Assembly: GCA_023231475.1 (NCBI GenBank)
Contig: JALJEE010002401.1
Location: 1-58,410 of the forward strand
Source: Seison nebaliae
Taxonomy: Eukaryota
Reading direction: 5' to 3'
Length of the DNA stretch: 58,410 nucleotides
Below, one piece after another: positions 26,629 to 40,136 of this stretch. How positions within the stretch are numbered: the stretch's first letter is position 1; each line of letters begins with the position of its first letter. The notes beneath the pieces were generated by a model. It searched no databases. It saw only the letters and a program-made list of their open reading frames with translations, and was not told the origin of the DNA. The translations under genes and the position numbers were made by a program.

Positions 26629-27378
26629 TAAACTTAAAATTTAAAATTTTACTTAAAATTAAAAATTGAAATTATAATTCATTTAATTGTTCTCAAACAT
26701 TTTATGATACTTGTAAGCCAGCGTTGGTTAAATGGGGTAGTTTATTTAATTATTAAATTAATTATCGATAAATTAATAATCGATTATTATGAAATTATCG
26801 ATAGGATTAAACGGGAAGGCGACAAAAAATCATTTGATTAAATCCATTTATTGGAGAACAGTTTGCGGTGAGTAGAGAACTGTGAAATCATTGAAGCATG
26901 AAATTAGCTAATATTGAATATTTATCAAGGTTAAATTGAATAATAAGTTATTTGATCGTTAAAAATTGATAATTTTCATTTGATTTCGATAGACTCCGAA
27001 TGATGAGAAGGGATTGATTGATCATCCATATTGTGCATGAAAGAAAGGAGTGACACGTTTGAAGAATTTTTAAAGGAGAAGACAAAAGAGATAAAGTAAA
27101 TTCACGCTCTATCGACGATAAACATTAGAAAGAAAGAGAATGCAAGTGAAGCAGCTGCTATTATCGAAATGAAAATTTGCTTAAACCTTCTTCCCCTCCG
27201 ATCACATAGAGCAGCCACCAAATATTAGACAATTTTGATAAGTTTCTTTCCCGTTCGTATGAAAAGTGTTGAAAGGAAGAAACTTCTGTATAAAACATCA
27301 TCTTCACCATCTGTTACTAATTATTAGGTCTTATCAATCTTCTCAATTCTTGCAGAGAACTCCTACAAATAAGAGAGT

Positions 27379-30300
27379 ATGACGAAACGAAACCAATATG
27401 ATATTGATGGTACACAAACATCATCGAAGCATAGTCGTTTAACAGAAATAATGTCACAACTAACAACGAAGAAGTCGATCGACTATTTTGTTATTGTTTT
27501 TCTGACTACTTGCGGCCAGAATGGAGAGAATTTGGGCTCAGATGAAGAAGAGATCGTGCTTATCACATTATTGTTGTATCATATCAAGGAAAGAAGAACG
27601 ATCGATATTCAACAATATTACATTCGACCTCAACTCGCAGAAACGTCAACAAAAATTCTGACTGAGGAATGTCGAATTCAAACGTCGATCGACGAAATCA
27701 CATTGAAGAATTCGCCTTTATTATGTTATAGAATTGACGAGATTAATCGATTAATTGAACTGAAGGATTTGGAAGCGCATTTCAAATTCGATTCATCTAA
27801 TCAACTTTCAGACGATCATATCGATGAGACGGAAAGAGAGAACGGAACGAAATCATCTTTCATGTTAATGGTTGATGGACAATTACATCTTCGCCAAGTC
27901 TTATTTCCAGAAGCGTTACGAAAGAAGAATATTCCATTATCTGACTATTTTTGGTCATTCATCGATATCAGAAAGGAATATAATCAATATATGGAGAGAA
28001 CAGCGAAATCACTTTTAGAAATCGTCGAAGGTTTTATCCATTCTACATTTGGATTCATAATGAAAATTATTTTAATAGAAAATAATATTAAATATAATGC
28101 AACCGATTCGTATGGTATTCAACAAGTGAAACATATGGCGTCGCTCACAACGTTTATGTTGGAGAAAGGTTTAATTAATGAGTGGAAGAGAAGTAAAGTA
28201 AAATAAATCCCATTTTCCAATAGGTCATCAATTCCAATCGTTCGATTATATTCAAACGAAAGTTGAATACGGATTATGGTTTCTTTTCCTTATCTATCTT
28301 CTTTATCGATAATCTCATGGAAATTGATTGGGAACAGTTGCTCTAATGACGACATAGAAGACGGAACATGTGTTCGAGTTCGAGGTCTACCATGGCAGTG
28401 TACAGATAAGGACGTCGCCAAATTCTTCACAGGTATCAATTTACAAAAGTTTCCATTTTTCTTCTCCAAAATGATCTCATTTGTTTTAAAGAGGTGGAGT
28501 CGCTTTATGTTTGAGTACGAACGGTCGACGGAATGGAGAAGCCATTGTAAGATTTTCTTGCGAAGAACATCGAACATTAGCACTTCGACGTCATAAACAT
28601 CATTTGGGACAACGATACATCGAAGTATATAGAGCGAGTGGACGAGAATTCCTGAATGTTGCTGGCGGTTCGTTCCATTATCTTTCTCCTTTCACTTTCC
28701 CTATCTAACGAAAGTCTGTGTGTGTGGTGGGATGGGAAATTTGAATTATTATTCATTTTGAACTCCCGTGTTGTGTGTGTGTGTGTGTGTGTGTGTGGGA
28801 GGATGTGTGTAAGAAAAGATAACGGATCTAATTCCAAGAGTTCCTCCCATAGAAAAATCCGAAAAAATAATAATTGATCGAGAAGTAATGAGTGAAAATT
28901 GACATGGAACAGATCGAATATTTCCCTCGAATTTCCCAGGAGAAATTAAACTGATAAATCATCTCGTTACGATCATTATTCATGAGCATTGAAAATTCAA
29001 TTTAATTCATTTCATATTTATGTCGAAGTTAACATGCTAATTAAAATCGACTTCTCCTACCAGTAGACATATTCGTACCGATTCTCCACAACTACTAGTC
29101 AAGTACTTACCAGTGGTGGTAGATGAGGACGGTGATGGTGTTGAATTCGGGAGAAATTGAAAGATTTCCTTTTACTTCTATCTCTCTCGTTATACACTGT
29201 CAAGTCGGAAATTGTAGTAATTTATTTTTTTGTATACCGACTTACCGTCGATCTAGACAACTATCTGTCTTCACTCACCACTTTCTCTCATGTTTATCTC
29301 TGTTTTTGTTGGATTGATTCTCGAATAAGAGGATCATGTTTCTCGTCCGTTCCAATTTGAACGTCTCCACTATTTTTTCTATTTCATGTTTCCATATTTT
29401 CTTTCTCCTCTTAAAGAAATAAACGAGAAAATAAAAAAAAATAGAGAGAAGGAATCGGAAACTAAGATAAATGAAGAGATCGTCTTCCAGTAGTATCAGT
29501 CCAATTTATTGGGAATAATCCGAGTCTTATACACACACACGCACACAAACATCTTCCCCTTATATGTTGATGAGAAGAATGATGACGCGATTAATGAATA
29601 AAAGGATTTTAAGCAAATATCTTCAATATATTTCACGTTTAAAATCAATTGTCGCGTCTCTTCCGATTTCACTTCTAATCTCATTCTCATCTCCCTTCCC
29701 AGGTTCCAATCAAGAAGCACAAACTTTCCTTTCAAGAGATGGAAGTATCATTGTGCGAATGCGTGGACTACCGTTTGATAGTACGGCGGAGAATGTTGTT
29801 AGTAGAATTTAAATTAAATTAAAATATTTGTATTATTGGAAGATGTTGGTGAGATAATGATAATCGATTAATAATTATTATTAATGTCGATTAAATCATC
29901 AAACTCTTCCACTAATCAGTAGAATGATCTGATATTGATCAATTACGATTCAATCGATTGAATCTGAAATTGCCAATAATCGATTATTGATTAATAAAAG
30001 GAAATGGATTTCCTCATCGAGAAATCCCACCAGGGAATTACTACTAGTGTATCAAGTATGTATATTATTATCAGACAAACAAATCTTATCTAAAAACTTG
30101 AGATGATGATTCTCTTAATAAACTTTCTTTAACGACAAACAAACAAACATTTTCCTACAAAACAAAAAAAAACTTCTCTACTTATCTTTTGATTCCGGGT
30201 CGAAGAAAATTTCTTTGTTTTCTTTTTTCAATGGAACAATCGAATTCCATATCTTAATAGAAATAACTGCAGATACATCATCGTTGGTGAAGAGAATGAC

Positions 30301-31590
30301 AAGAGCACTTCTGATTATCATTTACATAATTTTTCAGTTGGAAAATTCGAAGAAAATTTTTTTTTGTTTTTATTTTTACTCAAACTCAAATGGATCTGGA
30401 ATCTTCTTAACTGCGAATCTCATTTTTTCCTTGTTGCTATTGTCGATGTGTGTTTTGTTGTGAAGATAATCATATATTGGGGAGGGATATTGCTTCCGAA
30501 TTTATTTTCCAAAAATTCTCCGTATCCATAATTCATTTATCTTCCTTTTTCTATTGGAAAGGAGAATGCTATTGTAAAATTTCTTCTTATTTTCTCAGGT
30601 TGAATTCTTCGAGAAAGGTGTCACACCAGCCAACATCGTTGATGGAAAAGATGGAGTTTTATTCGTCCATTATCCAGATGGTCGAGCTACTGGCGATGCT
30701 TTCGTCATGTTCAATTCAGAAGAAGATACGTTGAATGCTTTATCGAAACATAAAGAGAATATGGGAAGTCGTTACATCGAACTCTTCAGAAGTACAGCAG
30801 CTGAAGTACAACAAGTTTGTCGACGATCTCAAGATCCGAAAAATTTGGAACCGAAAAATCATTCCTCGTCCGCTAATACATCTTCCAACATTCTGTCTCA
30901 ACTCTCAAGTTATCCGACGAAACATCTGATAAAACATCAGAAGAAACGAGATTGTGTTCGATTGAGTGGAATGCCACCGGAATCGAATGTGGAATATATT
31001 TTAGAGTTTTTAGGAATGTATGCACAACATATAACATCACATGGCGTTCATATGGTATATAATGCGAGTGGCAGTCCATCAGGTCAAGCATTCATTCAAA
31101 TGACAAATGAGAAGAATGCTTATCTCACATCGATTCATAAACATCAGAAATTATTATATTTCCAACAACAACAATATGCAATCGATGTCGTTCAATGTTC
31201 ATCTGATGATATGAATTTAGTATTAATAGGAAATAATAACAACAATATTAACAATAATAATAATAATAATAACATTTCATTGAAACCCTCTACTTTAGGG
31301 AAGACACCATCAGAATTGTTATGGTTGTCAATGAATAGTAATTGTCAATATCCTATGAGTAATCAGATGAATTATGAACAATATCATACATCAATACAAC
31401 CGTCAACCGATTTCCAAAATCCTACAATTGATAATTTCTGTTTAGCTGATCTACTTAATCAATCATCCACTCCACTCACTTGGTATCCAACTCCACCAGT
31501 GAGTCCTGGTGATAATTTAACTTCTCTCTGTTTAGCATCACCGGAATTATTATTGAATCCTAATAATTTCTTAGCAATGCAAAACATTCT

Positions 31591-31630
<40 letters not shown>

Positions 31631-32026
31631 CTTGTACAGCAGAATTATGGAAATGACATTAGACAAATTGTTATTTTGAGGAATGTGTCACTCAATGTCT
31701 GCATCAATGATATTATTAAACACTTCCAACATATCGATCAATTGCATCCACATAATATTCAAATACAACGAACTATTACTGGTACGGTGACTGGTGATAT
31801 TTTCATTCGTTTCAATTCGCCGCATACAGCCAAACAAGCCATTGATACGATGAATCAATCTTTTCTGAAAGAGAGTGTCATTCTCTTAAATTCAATTCCT
31901 GAATATGTTCAATTATCTCAACAACAGCAGAACAACAATCTATCCAATGTAACCATATCGGCATCCCCCCTAACAACCGCCATGTCAGCACCACCACCTC
32001 CAACAACAACTACAACAACAAAATAA
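27379..32026 (+). CDS. ESRP: Epithelial splicing regulatory protein / fusilli ortholog, 7 exons
   Basis: N-terminal exonuclease-like domain ([26 protein letters not shown]). RRMs [67 protein letters not shown] and [10 protein letters not shown]. Long introns 28668-29702 and 29798-30598. Confidence 0.95.
28773..28796. repeat. (TG)n microsatellite in ESRP intron
   Basis: Direct reading; further TG runs at ~32131-32155 and ~32312-32331. Confidence 0.9.
31592..31630 (+). repeat. (CAA)13 coding repeat (polyQ in ESRP)
   Basis: Pure CAA run translated as Q13 in ORF 30707-32026. Confidence 0.9.
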
Positions 32027-32603
32027 AATTAAATTTCATTAAAATAAAAATATTCATTTTTCGATTAATTTATTTGATAAATTTGAAATGAGGCAACAAT
32101 AGATATGCCTCTTATCTCACACTGGGCGCATGTGTGTGTATGTGTGTGTGTGTGTTTGTTTGTGCACGCCATTAAATCAGATATGGCACATGAGATAAAC
32201 TGATATTGGATCGAAGTGTTATCATCTTAATACTTGAGTTAGAAAAAGAAGGAAATGGATAGGAAGAAAAACTATAAAATCAGTTTGAATGACACGGAAG
32301 GGAATTGGGGGGTGTGTGTGTGTGTGTGTGTTTGTATGTGAAGAAAGAGAAAATGAATAAAAATTGTTTTAAAAAATAACCAATAAGAATGTTGATAGAT
32401 GTATACAGATGTGTATGCACAACCTGAGGCACGAAATACACACGAAATACACACACTGTGCACATTGGAACATGTTTTGTTGTCATAACAACGAAAGAAT
32501 CTAAAATAAAACATCCACAAACTTCTCTATATTGAATTAAAGTGAGATCAATTTCATGAGATTTCGTAGACATTCTTCCTAATCATTTATTGTTCTCAAC
32601 TTC

Positions 32604-34315
32604 TTACGGTTTGTGGAACCGGGTTAGATGTTGACTGTCTTTATGTACATCCATCTCAGTCAATTTGAAATCGTTCAACTCTTTTCTGATCATTGCTTTG
32701 TCTTCTGCCGTAAGTCTCGTCCACGGTTTATCCGCTCGTCGATCATATTCGTCGGCGTCTGTCACTTCGATATAGTCACAAAATCTTATGAGTATTTTCT
32801 GGTCTCTCAATTTTTGGACTGATGGTCTCGTCGATAGTTTCCTATCTAGAGTTCGACGACGTTCCTCCATTCGTTCCGGTCGATTTTGAATGATATTCCG
32901 ATCTTTCAATTCGCTCAACGGTGGACGTTGTGAGAGTTTCCTTTCCAACTTCTCACTGACTTCACGTCGTTTTTCCGTCGTTAATGATTCAGTGATAACG
33001 CTCATATCCTCCTCATCGATATTGGATTGACGACGCATATCATATTTGGACTTCTTCATAATCGATTTAATCGGACGTTGTTTCACAAATGACGAGTCGT
33101 CATTGACGGAGAATTCATTCATTTGAATTGTTCTCATTGATCCATTTAGTTCGTCGTCACTCGATGAATTGGGATGGAATAACATGGTCATGGGCGACTC
33201 CTCTTGAATGATGCCGGGATTAGATGAATCAAATGAAGACTGTTCTTGATGATACTTAGGATGATTGTAATGGAATTCATTATGGAAATGATTCTCTCCT
33301 AATTTGTATGGTATCGATTGATTATATACTGATGATGAGATTGCCATTAATGGGAGAGTAGGTATCAGAGGAGGTGGTGGTGGAGGCGGTGGTGGAGGTG
33401 GTGGTGGAGGTGATGATGAAGTCGCATGATGTAGAGGGAATCGTTGATTATGATTCACACGTTTCGGAGAAGAAGTCGACTGATTCGAATAAACGAAATT
33501 GTTCCTATTTGACGGATAATTGTCAATCATATTCGGTTGATAATTATTCTGATTATAATTTCGATGGAGAGAAGAATAATTATTCATAATATGATGCTTA
33601 GTTGTGGGAGGAGTTGATGGTGTAGTTGTAAAATTGTCTTTTGGTGAATTGATAAATTGAGTGTCAGCTGATCGAATGGATACAGATGTGCTATGAGGTT
33701 CGATTTTGAATGAGATGACATTCGATGAATAATTTGGTGATATTTGTGCTTCCGTTGCACTCTTCATCATTGAACTCTTGATGAGTGATGGTACGACCGC
33801 CGTCGATCGAGGTAATGTCTGAGAATTTTTATTATTCGATAAATTTCTCTCATTTCCCACTTTATTATTCGTATTATTGTTGTTGCTGTTGTTGTTGTTG
33901 TTGTTGGAATAAGTGTACGAAGATCTGATGGTTGTTGGTGTGGTTTGGATGTTATTGGAAGGACGAAGGAATTGATTGATCAATTCTCTCTTGGAATGAA
34001 AATTCATCTCACTCGCTAAATCATCATATTTCTTCTGCTTATCAATCGACAACATCTGATTAGCTGATGATGGAAGTATTGGATGATAATCATCAATATC
34101 TCGATTATTATTATTAATATTATTATTATTATTATTTACATTGAATCGAGTTTTCTGGAATGAATTGTTGATATCGACTGGAAACGATGGAAAAGTCACT
34201 TCCGATTTCTGAATTAAGATTTCTCTCGAATTCTTATGTTGTTCATTCTCGTAATTATTCGATTTCTTCATATTCTGATTCTTATTCTTAAATATATTAT
34301 TATTATTATTATTCA

Positions 34316-34347
<32 letters not shown>

Positions 34348-35285
34348 AAATTGTCTTTTTCCCAATTCTTTATGAAATTTGCAGTTAATTTTGGTCGTTT
34401 CATTGTCGATTTATCGATTTGATTGGATCGATTATCAAAACACATATTATTATGTTTCGTATTCGTTTCGATGATGGTAGTGGCGGTGGAAGATGGTAAG
34501 ATAAATTTCTTCGATAATGAATCTTCATTTCTTTTGTTAGTGATTGTAGAGGTAATTGTTGTTGTTCCAGTATTGTTCCCTCCCGAATCTCCCATGTCGA
34601 TACTTCGACTTCCCATATTCATCGTGGTCGTTGTAGTGGTGGAAGGTGAAGTGTTGGAAGCGGATGAAGTTGGTAAATTAAAAAAATGAGAGAATTTATT
34701 AAAATTCTTTTTCTCATTCTTTTTCTTTCCCATCATTGTTCCACCCAAATTATTATTATTTTCTTTATTCTCTAATTTGACGATATCATCCGTCGAATCA
34801 CTCTTCAATATTCCTCTTTCAATCAATCGTTCTTTAGGTAATCGTTTCTGTACTTTCGGCTCTAATTCCACCATCAACTTTTCCATTTTTTCAGATGGTT
34901 GAATATAAAATATTCGTCTTCCATCTTGATCAAAATTCTCATCATCATCTTCTTCTTCATCCGTCCCACTATTATTATTATTATTATTATTCGATTTTTT
35001 CATCATCATCTTCTTCTCGCAATTCGTTTTCTCATTCGTCTTGAATAGAATGACGGTTTTCGTTGCCGGTTTTTTCCTTATCCATCGGAATGGTCTCATC
35101 ATTCGTCTCTTAAACGCCGTTAACTTCGCTCCATTATTCAATTTCACTTGTCCATCACCTACTACTGTCTCTGATTCACATGATTGATTATCGATCAATG
35201 TCTGATTCCCATCAGAATTATATCGATTATTCATCATCGACGAAGTTGTTGTTGTTGTTGGCAAGAATTCTGCCATTGACATCAT
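32604..35285 (-). CDS. PHACTR: Phosphatase and actin regulator (RPEL repeats + PP1-binding tail), intronless
   Basis: [90 protein letters not shown]...TRFHKP. Confidence 0.95.
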
Positions 35286-35942
35286 GAGAAATGTTTCGTT
35301 TTAATTGAATTTTAATGACTGTTATTCATCTGTCAATTGGATTGAGAGAGAAATGTCTTTTCGTCAAGTTGGTCGTTAAAGAGAAAAGAAGGAAACAGAA
35401 AAATCTTGTCCTTTATCTTCCCAATCTAACATTTGTTTCCTTTATCACAATTTTCAAATCTCCAAAGTCAAAACAAAATAAAGATATTCAATTCTCTTAA
35501 TATCAATTTCTCTCCATTCTCATTAACCGTTCACCCTCAATCATATACATTCGTCTCTAACCAATCTCATCATCTGATATCTCAGCACAAGTTTAAGTAT
35601 ATCTCCCTTCCAAAACTTTAGCTTCTCATTTTCATTTCCTTACATCTTCATTAATTCATCACCATTCCATTATCTTCCTTCACAACTCTGTTCGACTTTG
35701 TGTTTATTTATTCGAACACATAAAATTACATCAATTTACACAAAACTCCACAAATTCGCACAGTTCAACTGATCTTCCAATTTGAAGCTTAATTTTTGAA
35801 TTATTTTCGAATTCTACTCAAACATTTAGAGTCAATCAACTTTCAATTTTCCTTTTGGTAGACTGACGTGTAATAACATTTATTGACCAATTATTATTCT
35901 TTTATAACGGTATACAGTTGCATAATAATCATTTGTTAAGGA

Positions 35943-37408
35943 ATGTTCGAGTTCGAGAACGACGAATATTTCGATTCTTTTTCAGCCAATGATCCTTATC
36001 TCTCTGATAATTGGTCATCCTTCAATCAGACAACTCATTCGTCGTCCTTCGATTTATTGAACATTAATTCCGATGGTCAACATTATTTCGAGGATGAACA
36101 TCAACCTTTCTATTCTCCATTCTCCAACGACGATTCCGCGAAAATTTGTTACGATTAATTTCCCCTTTAATTTTTTTCATCTTCTTTTTTTCCAGTGACT
36201 TTTCGCCATACAACGACCGATCCACACAAATCATCTATTGTTGACTCTGCTGAAGATTTCTCTCCATCCATTTCCAATAAATCTACATCATCTCCTTCAG
36301 CTTCATCGCCATCTTCTTCTTCTTCATCATCATCATCTTCTTCTTCTTCTTCTTCTGGTTCGCCATTATCGAAAGAGAAGAATTCTGCTTCTTCATCAAC
36401 CATTAATTCGACAGGAGTAGATGTTGTAGATGAATCTACTATACGAAATTCGAAGGATTACATTTCTAAGAATGTTGATCGTAAATTAAATTTGACGGAT
36501 GAAGAGAAGAATCTGATGGGAAAAGAAGGATTTCCAATACCTCGTTTCCTTCCGTTGACGAAAGTTCCATTTCATATTTTTTTCTTTTCTTTTATTCATT
36601 TGTATTTAGTTAGAGGAGAAGAATCTGAAATTGATCCGAAGGAAAATTCGAAATAAACGTTCCGCTCAAGTTAGTCGTGAGAAGAAGAAAGATTATATGA
36701 ACGGTCTCGAACAACGAGTCGAAGATTCTACCACTGAGAATAATGAATTACGTCAACGTAACAAATTCTTAGAGAATCAATTAAAGTTTTCTACAATTTC
36801 TTCTCATTTTCATTCAATTTTCAATAATTAGAAATATGATGAATGAGAATGAAAAATTGAAATCGTCGTTAGCTCTTCGCGATCGAATCGACAAGATATC
36901 ACCAACAACAACATCCGTTTTACAAGACGAACCGTCATCGAAAGCTACCACAAAATTTACGATAATTAAATCGCACAAATATACGACGAAGAGAACGGCA
37001 ACAGAATCGACACCAAATTATGATTTGATCAACATGAAACGTAAACGAATTTCTAATGACAAGTCCATCGCTCTCTATACTTTCATCACTTGTTTCTCTA
37101 TATTCCTCTTCTTCAATATGCCTGGTCAATATTTCCATCCATCCACCATTTCCTCGTCCCCGTCATTTCCATTATCATTCTTTTCATTATCACCATCAAC
37201 TCCGTTGAATGGAGAAAGTTTACGAGAACCAATGACAGATGAAATGGGAAAAAAGGATCCACGAGTCATAAATGGTCGTTCCAGGACGTTAATGTCAGTG
37301 ATGGAGACAAATTCGGAGAAGGAACATAATCTCGATTCGTGGAATCATTCGGAGATTATAATGTATCGTGATCTCTCACTCGAAGAGAACGAGACGGAAA
37401 CGATATGA
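35943..37408 (+). CDS. CREB3: CREB3-family membrane-tethered bZIP transcription factor, 4 exons
   Basis: [58 protein letters not shown], a TM segment ([16 protein letters not shown]) and S1P-type RSRTL. Three GTT introns. Confidence 0.88.
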
Positions 37409-37436
37409 TCTTATTTTTAAAAATTTATAAATCTAT

Positions 37437-38723
37437 TCATTCTTTTCCCAAAAATAAATGTGGATATCGATAAATCAAATGATTCTTTTGAAAGTGTTCG
37501 AATTCGTCGAGAAGTTGATCGATTTTTGTTCGTAATCGACGTTTCTCCATTATCAATTTTGGTTGTTCATTTAAACAAACATTATAATCGATCAAATCAT
37601 CATGTTTCGCTTGTCGATCCAAATCATCCATCAATTTCGGTAAACGATCGATAATCTTTTCAAATTTCTTTCTTTCAATCTCTTTTTTCTCAATGAGAAA
37701 TTTCAATCGTTTCCTGTCGATCGATTGATAAATTTCTTCTTTCGAATATCCTCCACTGTCATAACAAGAGAATGGTGAAATTGACAATGTGTTCGCCCAA
37801 AATTCCAATTTTTTTTTCAATAATTTTTTCAATTCCTCATCATCATCATTCTCACCATTCTTCCGACGATTTGACGTAGTCGAATGTTGATTTGGTGTGA
37901 ATGATGAGACTAAATTCGATCTAGAAGACACAGCATTTATGTTGTCCATATCTTCACGAATTCGTCTTAAAGATAATTCGATATTTTTATCGATCCATTT
38001 CGTACTATCGACGGATGTCATAGAATCATTCGATTGATCGATCGCTGTTTGACTATTCGTTTCCCATTTGTTGAGAGTGCTGAGCATTCCAGCAATTTTC
38101 GAAAATTTTCCAGGCGGCTTCTTATACATATTAGCCGTCGATCTGATGAATTTGAAGTTTTTATGTAAATTGTTATAACTTTCTTGTAATCGTCGTTGCG
38201 ATTGTTCACATTCGTCGATAATGTTCGAATTCTTTCTCAAATCTTCTCTCCAATAAACGAATGATTAGAGGGAAGCAGAAAAAAAACTTTTAGGTCGATG
38301 TCCAATGGACGTGCTTGGTTTATTTGCATAAATCGATTCTTCTTTTTTCTTTTTCATATAATTATATGCCGATTTTGCTCGTCCAATAAATCCTGGTGGT
38401 TTTTCTTCATTTTCTTCTGAAAATAAATCTATAATGAAATAATCTTTTAAATAAATAATTATTAATAAATGACCGCTATTGATGAACATCATCTTTTCCG
38501 CTTTCGCTATCTTTCGCCGACAAGATAATGTTCGATTTTTTTGAATAATGTCATTGTCAGTCTGTTTGAGGAGAAGTTTATTATCAATCTTTAAATTTGG
38601 TTTCAGTTTCGTCATGTTATTCTCCAATCGAATCGACTTCTTTATCCAATCTTTCTTCTCCGCTTTCAATAAAGCGATCGAATAATCACTCTCCCATTTC
38701 AAATTATGCCAATGCGTCTCCAA
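37437..38723 (-). CDS. Hypothetical coiled-coil protein (multi-exon, start unresolved)
   Basis: Two long same-strand ORFs separated by an intron-sized gap, plus an in-frame 45-nt GTC..AG intron at 38429-38473. No family recognised. Confidence 0.6.
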
Positions 38724-40136
38724 ACTCTACAAAAAGCGATAAAAGAAAATTTAAATGAACAAAAGTTTTGATAAAAATTTTGGATATTCAACTACATTTA
38801 AAAAATAAAATATTCGATTATTAAACAAGACGAAATATGAGAAGAGAGGAGAAAGATAAAAATGAATAAAATTTGTCATATAAATTTTATTTGAGTTTAA
38901 CGAAAATAAAATAATTCCTGAGGAGAACATTTTTAGAGTATGATATAGAATCTATGATATTATAGATTCTATATTATAGAGACATGAGAAATTCTCCGAT
39001 TGATTTCTCAAGGAAGTTAATAAAATGTTTCGATAATGATTCGGAGAAGGAGAATGATGTTGAGTAGAAGTTTTTAATGAAAAGTGTTTTTTGTCTTTTC
39101 GCGGTAGATGGAAGAAGGAAGAAATGGAAAAACTTTAAAATATTTTTTGGGTAATCGCTTTTTATAATGTTCTAATGAGTTGGTGGATTTGTTGGAGGAT
39201 GGCGATTGATTGAGATGTTCATCTTTAAGCAAATAATCGATATTGATATCAACTTCATGATTCATCGGCATGATTTGAAGGAGAATGTAATAAAGAAAGT
39301 GTGAGAATATATCCGAATATAATTAAGAAAATGACGAGGACATGATGGAATGTTATTGGATTGGAAGGGGAAACTTTCGAGATGAACTACCTTCGAAACA
39401 AAATCAATCCAATCCATACATGTATCGTAGGAGAGATGTAGAGTGGAGGGCGCATATGCTAGAAGAAAGGAGATTATTGTTCGTCGTAGTAGAGAAGAAG
39501 TTGGCTACTAGCGAAGTAGTAGGGGTAAGTAACATAGATGATGCCTATTCACCTTGAACGAACATTAGAACGATTATCGTGCCAATTGTTTATGGACGAC
39601 GGATAAGACAAACATCGATTGTGATTATGAACAAGTTTTCGTCGTGTCCGTAAGTTTTGGAGGAGCAATAATATGTACTGGAACGGATATTGGTCACAAT
39701 GACTACACGTTCGAAGAAGAAGAAGAATTTGCTGGTGAAATGATTAGAGGAAGAAAAGGGGGCGAAAGGTGAAGTAATGGCTTTTGTTAGATTTCTTCGC
39801 ACTTTCTGGTTTTTATTGTTAATAAAATTCGCTAACGCAGATGTCTGTGTATAATTTAATGTGTATGTGTTTGTGTGTGAAGGAAATGTAGAAAGGAAGT
39901 TGAGGAAAAAGAGTTTAATGATCGGAGGAAACGTTGTACGAATTATCCATTTGCAAAAAAGGAAAAATGAGAGAAAACTTCTTTTCAAAGAGGAGGGAAA
40001 AAATTTCGAAAATTTCTCCAAAAATATATTTTATCGATTTCGATCACACTACTCTGGTAAGGAGGATGTTAATGATAATGCTAATGATAATGATAATTAG
40101 AGTGGAAGTGAACGATAAAAATAGATAAATAAATCT

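Noticed and set aside
28656..30734. Small ORFs inside ESRP introns
   Set aside because: Low-complexity translations of TG repeats and T-rich intron sequence; only the parts overlapping true exons are meaningful.
39074..40128. Possible gene between the coiled-coil gene and FBXW7
   Set aside because: Could not assemble a consistent exon chain or find a motif; may be UTR or an unresolved gene.
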